Assembly (NCBI GenBank): GCA_964016885.1 | Contig: OZ024741.1 | Span: 346,146,001-346,210,000 of the forward strand | Direction of reading: 5' to 3' | Origin: Eledone cirrhosa | Lineage: Eukaryota | Length of the DNA stretch: 64,000 bases | In this document: positions 14,771 through 29,022 of the stretch, piece by piece | Layout: every line of letters starts with the position of its first letter | Position numbering within the stretch: the first letter of the stretch is position 1 | The notes under the pieces: generated by a model | Told to the model about the DNA's origin: nothing | The model's input: the letters and a program-made list of their open reading frames with translations, nothing else | The model's database searches: none | Translations under genes and position numbers: made by a program

Positions 14771-14969
14771 ACGTTAGGTTGTTTACCAATGGGTAGAAAT
14801 GGTGTTTCGGGTTAGTAAATGATGATGCAACACATTAATTAAAGCACTCAACTTTATGCAAATCACCCATCGTAGATATGGTATCCAGTGGTTGGTGCAG
14901 GAACAGACTTAAATATATATATATCTATATATATCTATATATATATCACAATATATATATATATATATT

Positions 14970-15562
14970 TATATTTATTAAAATAACAGATTAAAATTTA
15001 AGCAAAGAGTCGCTGCTTTCACCCTTAACGGGATCTTCTGAAACTAACAAAGTCAATCTGTAAACGCAGAAGTGAATGTTTCAAAAAACGTTGCAACCGG
15101 TGTAAGACAGGAAGACGATACTTTGGTTCGTGGAAACGCTCCCTGGCAAAGAACGGGAAAAAACGAATATAATATGTCATTATTTGGAGCGGTTAAAAAC
15201 AATTACACGCAAAGACAGTACCAGGTTTATGGTATGAAAGAAGTCGTAGGCTAATATTCTCTTAAGTGGTTCATAGAGACGTTCACTGGCAATGAACGGA
15301 AAAAACGAAGATAATACGTCATATGTGGAGCGTAGAGAGCAATTGCACGCAAAGACAAAACCACGTAAATGGTATAACTGAAGTCGTAGACTAAAATTCT
15401 AACTAGGAAACCGAATGATTCTCCGCTTCAGAGTTAAGAATAAAGTAAATAAAATACAGAGGTAATTGAAATTAAATAAATACATACACGCATCCAAATA
15501 CGTACATACACAAGCATACGCGAAAACACTCGCCATAGGTATACAAATACACGAACATATAA

Positions 15563-15635
<73 letters not shown>

Positions 15636-16345
15636 CAGATAATTAAATAAACGTATATAAATAAATAAATACGTATATAACAAGCGCACACACATACCTA
15701 CATGTAACGACACAAATGCTCGGAGACTACGTCAACCAAAAGACGAAGTGCACATATACACACACCTACATACGTACGAACCCGCATACTCACACAGACG
15801 CAAACTCACGTATACACATAACCAAAAGCATATGTACCAGAATATATAACATATACGCCATAACATATACAATCAAATATACGTACGAGAAAGTATACGT
15901 ACCTTCACAAAACATACAGGTAATATATACTTACCTATGCAAATAAGTAATGGTATAAACATAACATATACTTAGCTACCACATCAAGACGTAAAATATC
16001 CGCGTATAGATCGTACTATCCGTTAGGGTATAATATGGAGCTGTAATACAGGAAAGTTTTGTGCAATTTATGTTTACAAGCCGAAATTGCCTCAGAGTTT
16101 TTGTTTAAGATGTGGTCTGTGGCGTAGAGTATTTCCAGGGCCTCAGCGGCGCAGAGGTCACATGGTCTTTTATTTTCGTTATACCATCTAGCCCTAGCTA
16201 GGATCTCCCAGTGTAACTTATCTTGGGTGTTGTTCACTTTTAGACTCCAGATATAAGCTGAAAGTGACGTCGTATTCCTTCTTAGAGGGTAGCGAAAAGA
16301 ATGGGTATGCATGTAAAGACGCTGCTTGAAGCTATTGGCGGTTAA
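14970..16345 (-). mobile_element. 5'-truncated PLE family A copy (GIY-YIG C-terminus plus pseudo-LTR; variant HHR at 14986-15061)
   Basis: ORF 16016..16312 matches the C-terminus of the 741-aa ORF. The non-coding part matches 29105-30100. Confidence 0.85.
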
Positions 16346-16820
16346 ATATATGTGTTTCGTCTGACCTAGTATATATATATATATATATGCGAGGTCAGAC
16401 GAAACACATATATTTAAATATAAGCATAGATATAAATATGAGTGTTGCCCACCTATGTATATATATATATATGATAAAAACTGAGAGAGTGAAATATTTA
16501 GTAATGATTAAAATGTAGCAATAAAATTAGACATCCTTCATACGAAATACGTAACAGAAATGTTATACGTTTCAAAGTGTTGAATCCTATCGTTTCAATA
16601 CCAGTGTTGACTCAAAGTTTCAAATGTTAGTAATAAAGTTACTTAAGAAGTATTACAGACTTGTATGTTGTCATAAAGAACTACACCGAAAATTCCGTTT
16701 AGTGATTCGAAGTAATATAAACATTGGTTGTGAGATTGCGTGGCTTTGAAATAAGGTAGCATCTGCTATCATTCCCAGGAGAAGAATGTTTTATATTTTC
16801 TTCTCACACATTCACATCAC

Positions 16821-18295
<1,475 letters not shown>

Positions 18296-18344
18296 ATAAT
18301 AATAAGACGCACAGATTCTAAAACACTTATTAGTTACAAGAGTA

Positions 18345-18388
<44 letters not shown>

Positions 18389-18547
18389 ATATATATATTG
18401 GTAAACGGAATAGAAAATGCTGACTTAGCTACCACATCAAGACGTAAAATATCCGTAAAATATCGTACTATCCGTTAGGGTATAATGTGGGGCTATGTAT
18501 TCCGTTTACCAATATATAATAACTTGTGTGTTACACCTCTATCCTTT

Positions 18548-18601
<54 letters not shown>

Positions 18602-18604
<3 letters not shown>

Positions 18605-21600
18605 AAGGCGGGTAAAATTCCCGAGATCCATGGACGAGTTCTCTCCAGCGGTCTCTGTCCCTCATTATCGCTGCCATGTCCTGCATCTCCAACAGACCAG
18701 TGTCTGTCCTTAGGGCATCAACATACGTTAACCTTGGTCTTCCTCTTCTAGTGTGTCCATGTAGGGGCTCCAGAGGAGCACTGAGTGCAATGTCAACTCT
18801 GGATGTCGGTGAGCATGTCCAGCCAACCTCAGTCTCCTCTGTGTCACTTTTGAGCTGACTTTTGGGATGCTCCCATACAGCTCTGAGTTTTTCATCCTCA
18901 GTGTATACTGATTAATGTTCAGAGCCATCCTCAGCATTCTCGTGTAGCACCCATCCACCATCTGAGGGAGTTTCTTGGTCAGTGTCCAAGTCTCAGACCC
19001 ATACAGCAGCACAGACTCCACTACAGCAATGAAGAGGCGGATTTTCAGGTCTCTACGAAGGTCCGACTTCCACACCGATCTCAAGCTGTGGCACGCCGCC
19101 CAGGCCTTGCTCTTCCTCTCAACCACATCATCTTCTGTATTCCCAATCTTTGCTCCCAAATACAGGAAGTCCTCAACCAATTCCAGCGGCTTCCCGCCTA
19201 CATTAGTGATCCCCTCTAGCTTCTCAACATTCTCTACCAGATATTTTGTTTTAGTCTCATTCATTCTCAGCCCCACACTCATCGACACAGTCTCAACCTC
19301 CCGCATCAAATCCTCTGCCTCATTCACTGTATTTGCCACCAAAACTATGTCGTCGGCAAATTCAGCATCCGATACCTTTTTCGCCCTAACTCTCCTGCTC
19401 TGAGCCGGTGCTACAGTAAAGCCAAAGTCCTGGTGTTTCTCCAGTGCAAGGCGCATACAATAGTCCACTACGATGATAAAAATGTAGGGAGCCAATGTAT
19501 CTCCCTGGAGCACTCCAGCCAGTATCTCAAAGTACTCTGTCATCCCATCAGGTGTAATGACTTGGGCTTTGGTGTTGGTGTAGAGCAGTGATATCAGGTC
19601 CACTATCTTCTTGGGGATTCCATAAGCCTGTAAGATCTTCATCAGGCAGTAACGGTCCACAGAATCAAAGGCCTTCCTAAAGTCAATGAAAACCATGACA
19701 GCAGGAAGGCACTTTGCTCTAGCTCCCTCTAATATCCTCCTCAGCATCAGGATGTGACTGGTGGTTGATCTACCCTCTCTGAAGCCGTTCTGGTTGTCCC
19801 TGAGCTTCTTCTCCATCTCAGGCTGGACCCTGTTAAGAATCATCCTGTTGAGGGTCTTTGCCACAAGTGACGTCAGTGAGATCCCCCGGTAGTTGTTGGT
19901 GTTAGAGAGATCTCCCTTCTTTGGCACTGGGACGATGTTACTGATCCTCCACTGATTCGGGGCAACTCCTTTCTCCAGTGCCCCGTTACAGAACCCCAGG
20001 ATGATATCAAAATCACACCTCTTCATCACCTCTGATGTCACTCCATCTTCTCCACGAGCCTTGCCCTCCTTGATCCTCTTCTTGGCTCTCTGAAGCTCCT
20101 CTCTGGTGAAGGGCTCTGTGTCAACATCCAGTTCCTCAAACAGCCGCCTGATCTCCCCAGTGCTCTGGGCTGTGGAGGGTGGCTCTCCTAGTAGGGGTCC
20201 TAAAATAGTCTAGCCATTTCCTCTTCCTATCGTCGGGCCCCGTTCCCTGGATCTGACTCGAACACCTTCTCTTCCTCCCTGTGATCTCGTTGATGATCAT
20301 CCAGCTCTCCTTACATCCAGATCTGTCAACCGCTCTCTCCACACTTCTGATCTTCTCTATCATTGCCTCCTCTCTGACCTCAGTGTAAGTGGCACAGAGC
20401 TCTTCCCTCATCACCTCCACAGTCTCCATCCTCTCCTCCGTAGGATCAGCATAGAATTGGTCCCTGGCAGCTTTCAGGTGTTCTCTGGCTGCACACACTT
20501 TTGGGTTTGCAGAGCTGACGTGCTTCCCTTTGTTCTTTTTCCTCGGCACCAGGGTTTCACTTGCTTCCGCCACTGCATTGGTGAAGTGCCCGTACCTCCT
20601 CGTCACACTCTCCTCGGTCCATCCAATCTCTCTCTCCTCTGACTCTCCACACAGAGCACTAAACAAGTTTCTCACTTCCACTGTGAACCTCTCCTGTAGC
20701 TTATCATCTTCCTTGAAAGCTCCCCAGTCATAGATTGTTCTCCGGGGCTGAGCCTCGCTCTTTCTTAAGCTCACGCGGACCTCACTCATAACAAGCTGGT
20801 GGTCACTACCCAATGTACTGAAATAGCTGCATGGTTCCGTGTTCAGAACACTATTCCGCCACTTTTTCCTCACCAGAATGAAATCAATCTGGGACTTGGA
20901 CAGGTGCATATCTGAGATGTAGGTCCACATCTTCCCCAGATTCTTCCTAAACCTTAGGTTGGTCGCCATCAAGTTCGCCTCCAGCAGGGTGTCTCTCAGT
21001 AGTCTTCCATTTCGGTTGGTGTTGTTATGGAAGTACCAGCAAGGATCTTCACTGCCCTCCTTACTCAGATGTGCATTGAAGTCCCCCAACACAAGCAGGA
21101 TATTGTGTGCCTGAGTGGTGTTGACAGCTCTACACCCCTCCTCATGGAACTCTTCCACATTCACATCACTGTCCCCCTCGGTTCGACTATAGGCTGAGAT
21201 GACTGTCAGTCTTGGGTTTCCATTGAAGGTCACCCTCAATACTCGCGGGGAGATAGGCATTATTTCCCTCACCAACAGATTGGTTTTTGCACTGAACACA
21301 AAACCACTCCTCCTACTGCTGCATTTGTTGTGTTCTTCACTGCCGATGTAGTGATGAGCTGGCTCTTCTTCCCGATCATCACACTCCTCACGGGCTCATC
21401 GTGTAGAATCCTGTGTTCTTGGATCGCAAGTATCTTATACCACTCTCCTCGAACAGATGTCCCAACTCCTCTCTCTTCTCCAGCGTCCGAATAGTCCTCA
21501 CATTCAAAGTGCCCATTTTGATGGCTCTTCTGCAGGACAAAACTGTCCTGGGTATGACATTAAACTACATCCAGTGGCAAGGCTCCAGTTCGGGAGTTCA

Positions 21601-21892
21601 GGAGATGTGGGGAATGTGGAGTTACCCCTTAGTTGTCATGACTCCCAGGTCTGCCCTGGCCCGGGGTGGTAGTACCTGTTAGGGCTCCATTTATGGGTTA
21701 AATAACTACCTTATTCGAGTGGCGCCGGTAAGGTATTGTCAGCCATTGAAAAGAAATATGGAGAGTCGATCTAACAGCACTAGGGTTAGAGCCCCTAATT
21801 ACACTATCAAGGAGCAGCCTGGTCGTTATGACTCTGCTGGCTTAGAGCCACAGAGAGGGCCAGTGGATGATGGATCAGCTGTCTCTGAGACA
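18602..21892 (-). mobile_element. RTE-clade LINE, near full length, ORF broken by frameshifts
   Basis: APE endonuclease motifs (MGTLNVRT at ~21517, LGDFNA, SQIDFIL, LGSDH) and RT motifs (NYRGISL, FIDFRKAFDSV, GVLQGDTLAP, FADD, FLYLG, ESVLLYGSETWT). ORF pieces 20136..21299 and 18728..20041. Both ends abut TA repeats. Confidence 0.9.
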
Positions 21893-22827
21893 AATATATA
21901 TATATATTTATTTATGCTTACACATATATCTATCTCTATATATCTATCTATACACTCTCACATGCACACACACACACACCCACACACACATATACATACA
22001 TATACACAGGGTTGTAAAAGTAGGTATACAGTAAGGATTATACCATTATTGATTTATTTCTATAATCAATAAAATACGGTATGTGTGCACGTTTTGTTAT
22101 TTATTACTGCATACCCACTTTACAGCCCCCCCCCCTATATATATATATATAAATGTATATATATATATATGTATATATACATGTGTATATAATCTACATA
22201 TATGTGTGTGTGTATGTACATATATATATATATATCATACACACACACACATACACCCACACATATATATATATATATCAAATTTTATTTGTTGAGAGTC
22301 TTCTTTCCCTGGAGTTCTCCTGTGTTTTCGCGTGGTCATTAGAGATAGAGGGAGAGAGTGAGTGAGAGGGAAAAATAATGTGCAAGTCTGTGTGTATGTG
22401 TATGTGTTTGTGTGTGTGAGTATGTGTGTGTGTGTATTTGTGTGTAGGTGTGTGTGTATGAGTATGTGTGTGTGTGTTTGTGCTTGTGTGTTTTTGTCTG
22501 AAATGTAAAAGAAATGTTGATGAAGTCTAACATAGTGACATTGCCTGTGGGAATAACAGTGGGGTGTGATATCATGTCAACTCCACGCAATACCTCAATT
22601 TCTCTGTTACCTCTGTTATTAAGAAGGTGTAAACCTTTCTTTATACAAACGCTGCTTCTTCTGATGCATAGAGTGTTACCCTGATTACTGATTTCTAATC
22701 TCCCTGTTCTCAACACCGTATAATATATAAAGAGGGCGTCACAAAACAATTTATACCTATTTTGATTACCTATACACGCAATATTTATTAGAATGGTGTT
22801 GAAGTATGTATACATTATTTTGGACAA

Positions 22828-22862
<35 letters not shown>

Positions 22863-23119
22863 GGAAAAAATGAAACGAAATTTCATTTCCCACTCTTAGT
22901 ACGGCTGTTACTTAAATATAAGTATGTAAACGTACATACATATATGCATACAGACGTACAGTAGTATGTATATATACATACATGCACACATATATATATG
23001 TACGTATGGATTCACCGAACATTAATTATAATGCCCGGTGTGTTTGTAACCAAACATCCCGTATTAAGCCGTAGTGTCTAGCAACCATCGTTGCTCGTTT
23101 GTTCAGCACTGACAAAGGA

Positions 23120-23160
23120 ACGCTGTACTAGTTTCAAGCTTATTAGCTATGGTCAGCAAA
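23120..23160 (-). ncRNA. Minimal HHR (H3), core mutated to CTGACCA
   Basis: Reverse complement of 24095-24137 with a core substitution. Confidence 0.55.
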
Positions 23161-23661
23161 GTATACCTTCCCGGCAGATTGTTGAACGTCTGAAAGTATA
23201 TACTTTCCTTATGCATATTAACGGCTGAGTAGCCCAATTTGCATATCGAGTGGGTTAATCGGCCGCGTGCACCAAAAACGATAAACGGCCAAAACAAACG
23301 AGCAACGATGGTTGCTAGACACTGCGGCTTAATACGGGATGTTTGTTTACAAACACACCGGGCATTATAATAAATGTTCGGTGAATCCATACGTACATAT
23401 ATATATGTGTGCATGTATGTATATATATATACATACTACTGTACGTCTGTATACATATATGTATGTACGTGTACATACTTATATTTAAGTAACAGCCGTA
23501 CTAAGAGTGGGAAATGAAATTTCGTTTCATTTTTTCCGTTTATCGTTTTCGGTGCACCCGGCCGATTAACCCAGCCGATATGCAAATTGGGCTACTCAGC
23601 CGTTAATATGCATAAGGAAAGTATATACTTTCAGACGTTCAACAATCTGGCAGGAAGGTAT

Positions 23662-23705
23662 ACATTGCTGACGATAGCTAATAAGCTTGAAACTAGTACA
23701 GCGTT
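23662..23705 (+). ncRNA. Minimal type I HHR (H3)
   Basis: ACATTG-CTGACGA-TAGCTAATAAGCTT-GAAA-CTAG-TA-CAGCGT. Confidence 0.8.
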
Positions 23706-24094
23706 CCTTTGTCAGTGTTGAACAAACGACCAACGATGGTTGCTAGACACTACGGCTTAATACGGGATGTTTGTTTACAAACACACCAGGCATTATAATA
23801 AATGTTCGGTGAATCCATACGTACATATATATATATATATGTGTGCATGTATGTATATATATACATACTACTGTACGTCTGTATACATATATGTATGTAC
23901 GTGTACATACTTATATTTAAGTAACATCCGTACTAAGAGTGGGAAATGAAATTTCGTTTCATTTTTTTCCGTTTATCGTTTTCGGTGCACCCGGCCGATT
24001 AATCTACTCGATATGAAAATTGGGCTACTCAGTCGTTAATATGCATAAGGAAAGTATATAGTTGCAGACATTCAACAATCTGGCAAGAAGGTAT

Positions 24095-24137
24095 ACGTTG
24101 CTGACGATAGCTAATAAGCTTGAAACTAGTACAGCGT
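24095..24137 (+). ncRNA. Minimal type I HHR (H3)
   Basis: ACGTTG-CTGACGA-T-AGCT-AATA-AGCT-T-GAAA-CTAG-TA-CAGCGT: palindromic stem III (ACTAGT), GUA triplet. Confidence 0.85.
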
Positions 24138-24343
24138 TCCTTTGTCAGTGTTGAACAAACGAGCAACGATGGTTGTTAGACACTACGGCTTGATACGGGA
24201 TGTTTGTTGACAAACACACCGGACATTATAATAAATGTCGGTGAATCCATACGTACATATATATATATATGTGTGCATGTATGTATATATATATATACAT
24301 ACTACTGTACGTCTGTATACATATATGTATGTACGTATACATA

Positions 24344-24385
<42 letters not shown>

Positions 24386-24563
24386 ATACATTAAATATAT
24401 ATATATATATATTTAATACATTAACAGAGAAAGCTTTAAGCGATACTCTGACCAACGCCATCTCACTCATCAAACATTAGGATATACCTAACTATACAGT
24501 ATTCCGTGGAAAGTTGGTTCTATTATTTTATATGAGACATAATTAAATAAATCTCTCTTTCTT

Positions 24564-24686
24564 TCCGTACGATCGTTTCGTTATAAGATTTCTACAAGTT
24601 GGGATAAATAATGTCCAAGTTATGTAGAAACTTGCATATAATCTATAAAAATACACACAAGCGGGCTCTTATAACTCATCAGTGCT
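24564..24686 (-). ncRNA. HHR-like motif with long stem II (H4)
   Basis: CTGATGA-GTTATAAGA-(~75 nt)-TCTTATAAC-GAAA-CGATCG-TA. Stem I is weak. Confidence 0.6.
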
Positions 24687-25260
24687 AGAAGGACTGCTAA
24701 ATTTAAAAAGCCAGTAATCCTTCAAAAAGAAAATTCACACTGTCCCCAAAAGGGAAAGGGGAGATCATCGTAAAATATAAAATAATATACACGCTGGTCA
24801 TCGAAGCCTGTTAGGTATTTTAACCACGTGTTTAAGAACTCAATAGGATATTAAAAAAATAAATATATGTATGTACCATCAATACACACATAGAGATATT
24901 AAAAAAATATATATATGTATGTACCATCTATACATACATATAGGTATTATCTCAGGCAAAAATATCAGACATGAGATACAGGAAAATGCAATCAATATTT
25001 CATATAAAGAATAAATAAAGAAAGTCATACCTAAATATCTTGAATTTTTATATCTGGCCATACAAGAGTATAATACTTAATACATTAACAGAGAAAGCTT
25101 TAAGCGATACTCTGACCAACTCCATCTCACTCAACAAACATTAGGATATACCTAAGTATAATCCCAATTAAGTGTTTGGGGTGCTAACTATATAGTATTC
25201 CGTGGAAAATTGGTTGTATTGTTTTACACGAGACATAATTAAATAAATCTCTCTTTCTTT

Positions 25261-25380
25261 CCATACGATCGTTTCCTTATAAGATTTCTACAAGTTTGGA
25301 TAAATAATGTACAAGTTATGTAGAAACTTATATATAATCCATAGAAATACACACAAGAGGGCCCTTATAACTCATCAGGC
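25261..25380 (-). ncRNA. HHR-like motif with long stem II (H4), second copy
   Basis: Same layout as 24564-24686. Confidence 0.55.
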
Positions 25381-25571
25381 GATGCCCATGCAATTTCGAT
25401 ATGAAAAATTACATCGATATTAATAATTAGTGATGGTTTCCGTCAGTGCTAGAAGGACAGCTAAATTTGAAAAGCCAGTAGACTTGTCCCCAAAACGGAA
25501 AGGGGAGGTCATCGTAAAATATATAATAATATACACGCTGGTCATTGAAGCCTGTTAGGTATTTTAACCAC

Positions 25572-25623
<52 letters not shown>

Positions 25624-25833
25624 ATATATATATATTGTTATACTTGGGGAGGGTCATATTTGTGTAATATTGCCAGAATTAATAACAGAACACACTCACT
25701 GTTTGGTTGGTTTTCGCTTCTCGCTTACTTTTATATCGGTAATCTAACTTACTCGGTCCTCAATGTTGCCATTGACTGACCGACGGTCAAAAATAATACA
25801 GATACAATATAGACACAAACACATATATATAGT

Positions 25834-25878
25834 TTATCATAAATCTTTCGTTGCACATCTGCAACATCGTCAGTGGTG
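25834..25878 (-). ncRNA. Minimal HHR (H5), inverted arm
   Basis: Reverse complement of 28656-28700. Confidence 0.6.
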
Positions 25879-27175
25879 TTATATTTTCATCCTGTTGTGT
25901 TGTATGTCTACGCCATTTTTTATTCAGTCTGTCTATATATTTATTTATTTATTTGCTTGTTTGTTTATTTTATTTTGTCTTCTTTGCGCATGCGTTTGCG
26001 TGTGTGTATAGTGTTATGTTTGCTGTGTGATGGGTGACTAGTGTGTGTTTATGTGCTTGTTGTTATTGTGCTTGTGTATGTATTTATTTATCTTATTTTA
26101 TTTACTTATTTATACTTCTCTTAGGTCAGTGTTGTTTGTTTGGGTGTTGTTGTTATTCCATTCATTCTTTCTGTTTAGCTTTGGTCTTCTAATTTCTATT
26201 TCACTGGCCTCTCTGACTTGCCTATCTGCTGGGTCATTTCTATGTTTAGATATTATTCCTAATTTCTATGTTGTCTATGTTACCGTCATGTTGTTGTCTA
26301 GCATGTTCGTATAGTACTGACCCGTTTTTTCGTCCTTTTATTTCCCCCCAGTGTTGGTCTATCCTTTCACCTATGCTACGAGCTGTCTCACCTATGTATG
26401 TTGTTGTCATGTTTCTGCAAGTACCCTCTGTACATCTTATGCTATAGACTACGTTTCTAGTTTTACAGTTTATCCGGGGGTTCACCTTACATATGATACA
26501 TTTCCTATTGGTACAGTGGGTTTTCTTAAAAGGCTAGGTTTTGCTGATCAGGGATTTTATGGTGGTTCCTGGCTTTTCTACCACCTTTATTTTTAAGTGG
26601 GTCTTTCTCAGGGCCTTTCTACACTGGTTAGCTAATTTCCCTCCAGGGGTGGCGTCCACAAACATGACACTTTGGTATCTCTGGTTGTCGTACCATGATG
26701 TGGCTTTCCCTATCTTATGTCTAGCCCTATCTAAGCTATTCCATGATTTGCTCCTGTATAATGGGCAAATTCCTTTCATGTCCAGTTCTATGAGGGTCTT
26801 ATACTTTTCCATGGCTCCTTCGTATACTCTGACTCTGTCTCTTTGGTTGTAGCCAGAGAACTGCATCCTGTTGATGAAGTGTTGGATGTGTCTTTCCATT
26901 TCTGTTGGGTCGCACATGCGGGACACATTCTTGATCACTCGTACCAAATCTGCGATCAGAATATTAAACTTAGCACTACTGGACATTGCTGAGTTTTTGA
27001 GTATCAGGTATTTGGAGGCCATGGGTTTAGCATAGTGTGAGTGGAGAATTTGGGCTCTCTCGCCGATGGCTGCTCCCTCATTTTGGGTGTAGATTTTCTC
27101 ATTGAACTTAAATATGTGGCCCTTTAGGGTAGTTTTGATACTAGCCCCTATTGCATGTGCGACCATTTTTCTTTT

Positions 27176-28385
27176 TCGGCGTCAGCATAGCTGGTGATGT
27201 TGCCAACCTTTTCATGGTATGGTGGGAAAGGAGACTTAAAGATCTCCTTAATGAAAGCTCCATAGACCTCATCATGTACTCTCGTTATGTAGACGATATC
27301 AATATAGTTATAAGAACACCCCCACTAGAGAGCACTAACAAGTTTGATTTAGAACGTAGCACGATGGAAAGCATCCAGCAGATAGCTAATTCCATACACC
27401 AGAGTATAACTGGAACTATCGACTTCCCTTCCAAACACCCTAACAATAGACTACCTGTATTAGACACAGAACTCTGGATTAACACTATAGACGAGAGAGC
27501 CCAAATTCTCCACTCACACTATGCTAAACCCATGGCCTCCAAATACCTGATACTCAAAAACTCAGCAATGTCCATGATCGCAGATTTGGTACGTGTGATG
27601 AAGAATGTGTCCCGCATGTGCGACCCAACAGAAATGGAAAGACACATCCAACACTTCATCAACCGCATGCAGTTCTCTGGCTACAACCAAAGAGACAGAG
27701 TCAGAGTATACGAAGGAGCCATGGAAAAGTGTAAGACCCGCATAGAACTGGACATGAAAGGAATTTGCCCATTATACAGGAGCAAATCATGGAATAGCTT
27801 AGATAGGGCTAGACATAAGATAGGGAAAGCCACATCATGGTACGACAACCAGAGATACCAAAGTGTCATGTTTGTGGACGCCACCCCTGAAGGGAAATTA
27901 GCTAACCAGTGTAGAAAGGCCCTGAGAAAGACCCACTTAAAAATAAAGGTGGTAGAAAAGCCAGGAACCACCATAAAATCCCTGATCAGCAAAACCTAGC
28001 CTTTTAAGAAAACCCACTGTACCAATAGGAAATGTATCATATGTAAGGTGAACCCCCGGATAAACTGTAAAACTAGAAACGTAGTCTATAGCATAAGATG
28101 TACAGAGGGTACTTGCAGAAACATGACAACAACATACATAGGTGAGACAGCTCGTAGCATAGGTGAAAGGATAGACCAACACTGGGGGGAACTAAAAGGA
28201 CGAAAAAACGGGTCAGTACTATACGAACATGCTAGACAACAACATGGCGGTAACATAGACAACATAGAAATTAGGAATAATATCTAAACATAGAAATGAC
28301 CCAGCAGATAGGCAAGTCAGAGAGGCCAGTGAAATAGAAAATTAGAAGACCAAAGCTAAACAGAAAGAATGAATGGAATAACAAC
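27176..28385 (+). pseudogene. PLE RT (motif B onward) plus GIY-YIG endonuclease, with in-frame TAG at 27997-27999 and a frameshift near 28270
   Basis: The frame continues past the TAG (PFKKTHCTNRKC..). A shifted frame then gives IISKHRNDPADRQVREASEIE..LNRKNEW. Confidence 0.85.
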
Positions 28386-28655
28386 AACACCCAAACAAAC
28401 AACACTGACCTAAGAGAAGTATAAATAAGTAAATAAAATAAGATAAATAAATACATACACAAGCACAATAACAACAAGCACATAAACACACACTAGTCAC
28501 CCATCACACAGCAAACATAACACTAAACACACACGCAAACGCATGCGCAAAGAAGACAAAATAAAATAAACAAACAAGCAAATAAATAAATAAATATATA
28601 GACAGACTGAATAAAAAATGGCGTAGACATACAACACAACAGGAGGAAAATATAA

Positions 28656-28700
28656 CACCACTGACGATGTTGCAGATGTGCAACGAAAGATTTATGATAA
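28656..28700 (+). ncRNA. Minimal HHR (H5) in the PLE 3' pseudo-LTR
   Basis: CACCA-CTGACGA-T-GTTGCA-GATG-TGCAAC-GAAA-GATT-TA-TGAT. Stem I is short. Confidence 0.65.
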
Positions 28701-28956
28701 ACTATATATATGTGTTTGTGTCTATATTGTATCTGTATTATTTTTGACCGTCGGTCAGTCAATGGCAACATTGAGGACCGAGTAAGTTAGATTACCGATA
28801 TAAAAGACAGCGAGAAGCGAAAACCAACCAAACAATGAGTGTGTTCTGTTATTAATTCTGGCAATATTACACAAATATGACCCTCCCCAAGTATAACAAT
28901 ATTTGTTTCGACACACGATTTCATATAAAAAACCTCGCAAAACTAATTCATCGCCG

Positions 28957-29019
<63 letters not shown>

Positions 29020-29022
<3 letters not shown>

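Larger units (their letters stand above)
22861..24348 (+). mobile_element. Retrozyme-like array (family H3): one inverted unit plus ~2.5 direct ~430-bp units, each full unit with a minimal HHR
   Basis: The unit start recurs at ~23293, 23721 and 24154. 22861-23288 is the inverted copy. No ORF. Flanked by (TA)n. Confidence 0.8.
24382..25572 (-). mobile_element. Tandem ~660-bp non-coding unit with an extended-stem-II HHR (family H4)
   Basis: TTAATACATTAACAGAGAAAGC recurs at ~24413 and ~25077. Flanked by (TA)n. Confidence 0.7.
25632..28958. mobile_element. 5'-truncated PLE (Neptune-like Cys-rich linker plus GIY-YIG) arranged as a large inverted duplication
   Basis: The right arm (+) has YSRYVDD, LPVLD, HCTNRKCIICK..CKTRNVVYSIRC..YIGETARSIGERIDQH..LNRKNEW. 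The left arm 25632-27061 is the reverse complement of ~27494-28902. Confidence 0.9.

Noticed and set aside
18975-19403. Antisense ORFs over the RTE, PLE and Tx1 coding regions
   Set aside because: Shadow frames of the real retroelement ORFs.
21520-21892. HDV-like or twister ribozyme in the RTE 5' UTR
   Set aside because: Plausible for RTE elements, but I could not assemble the pseudoknot by eye.
22861-24348. CRISPR-like array or centromeric satellite
   Set aside because: Eukaryotic context, long units without unique spacers, and only ~3.5 copies, one of them inverted.
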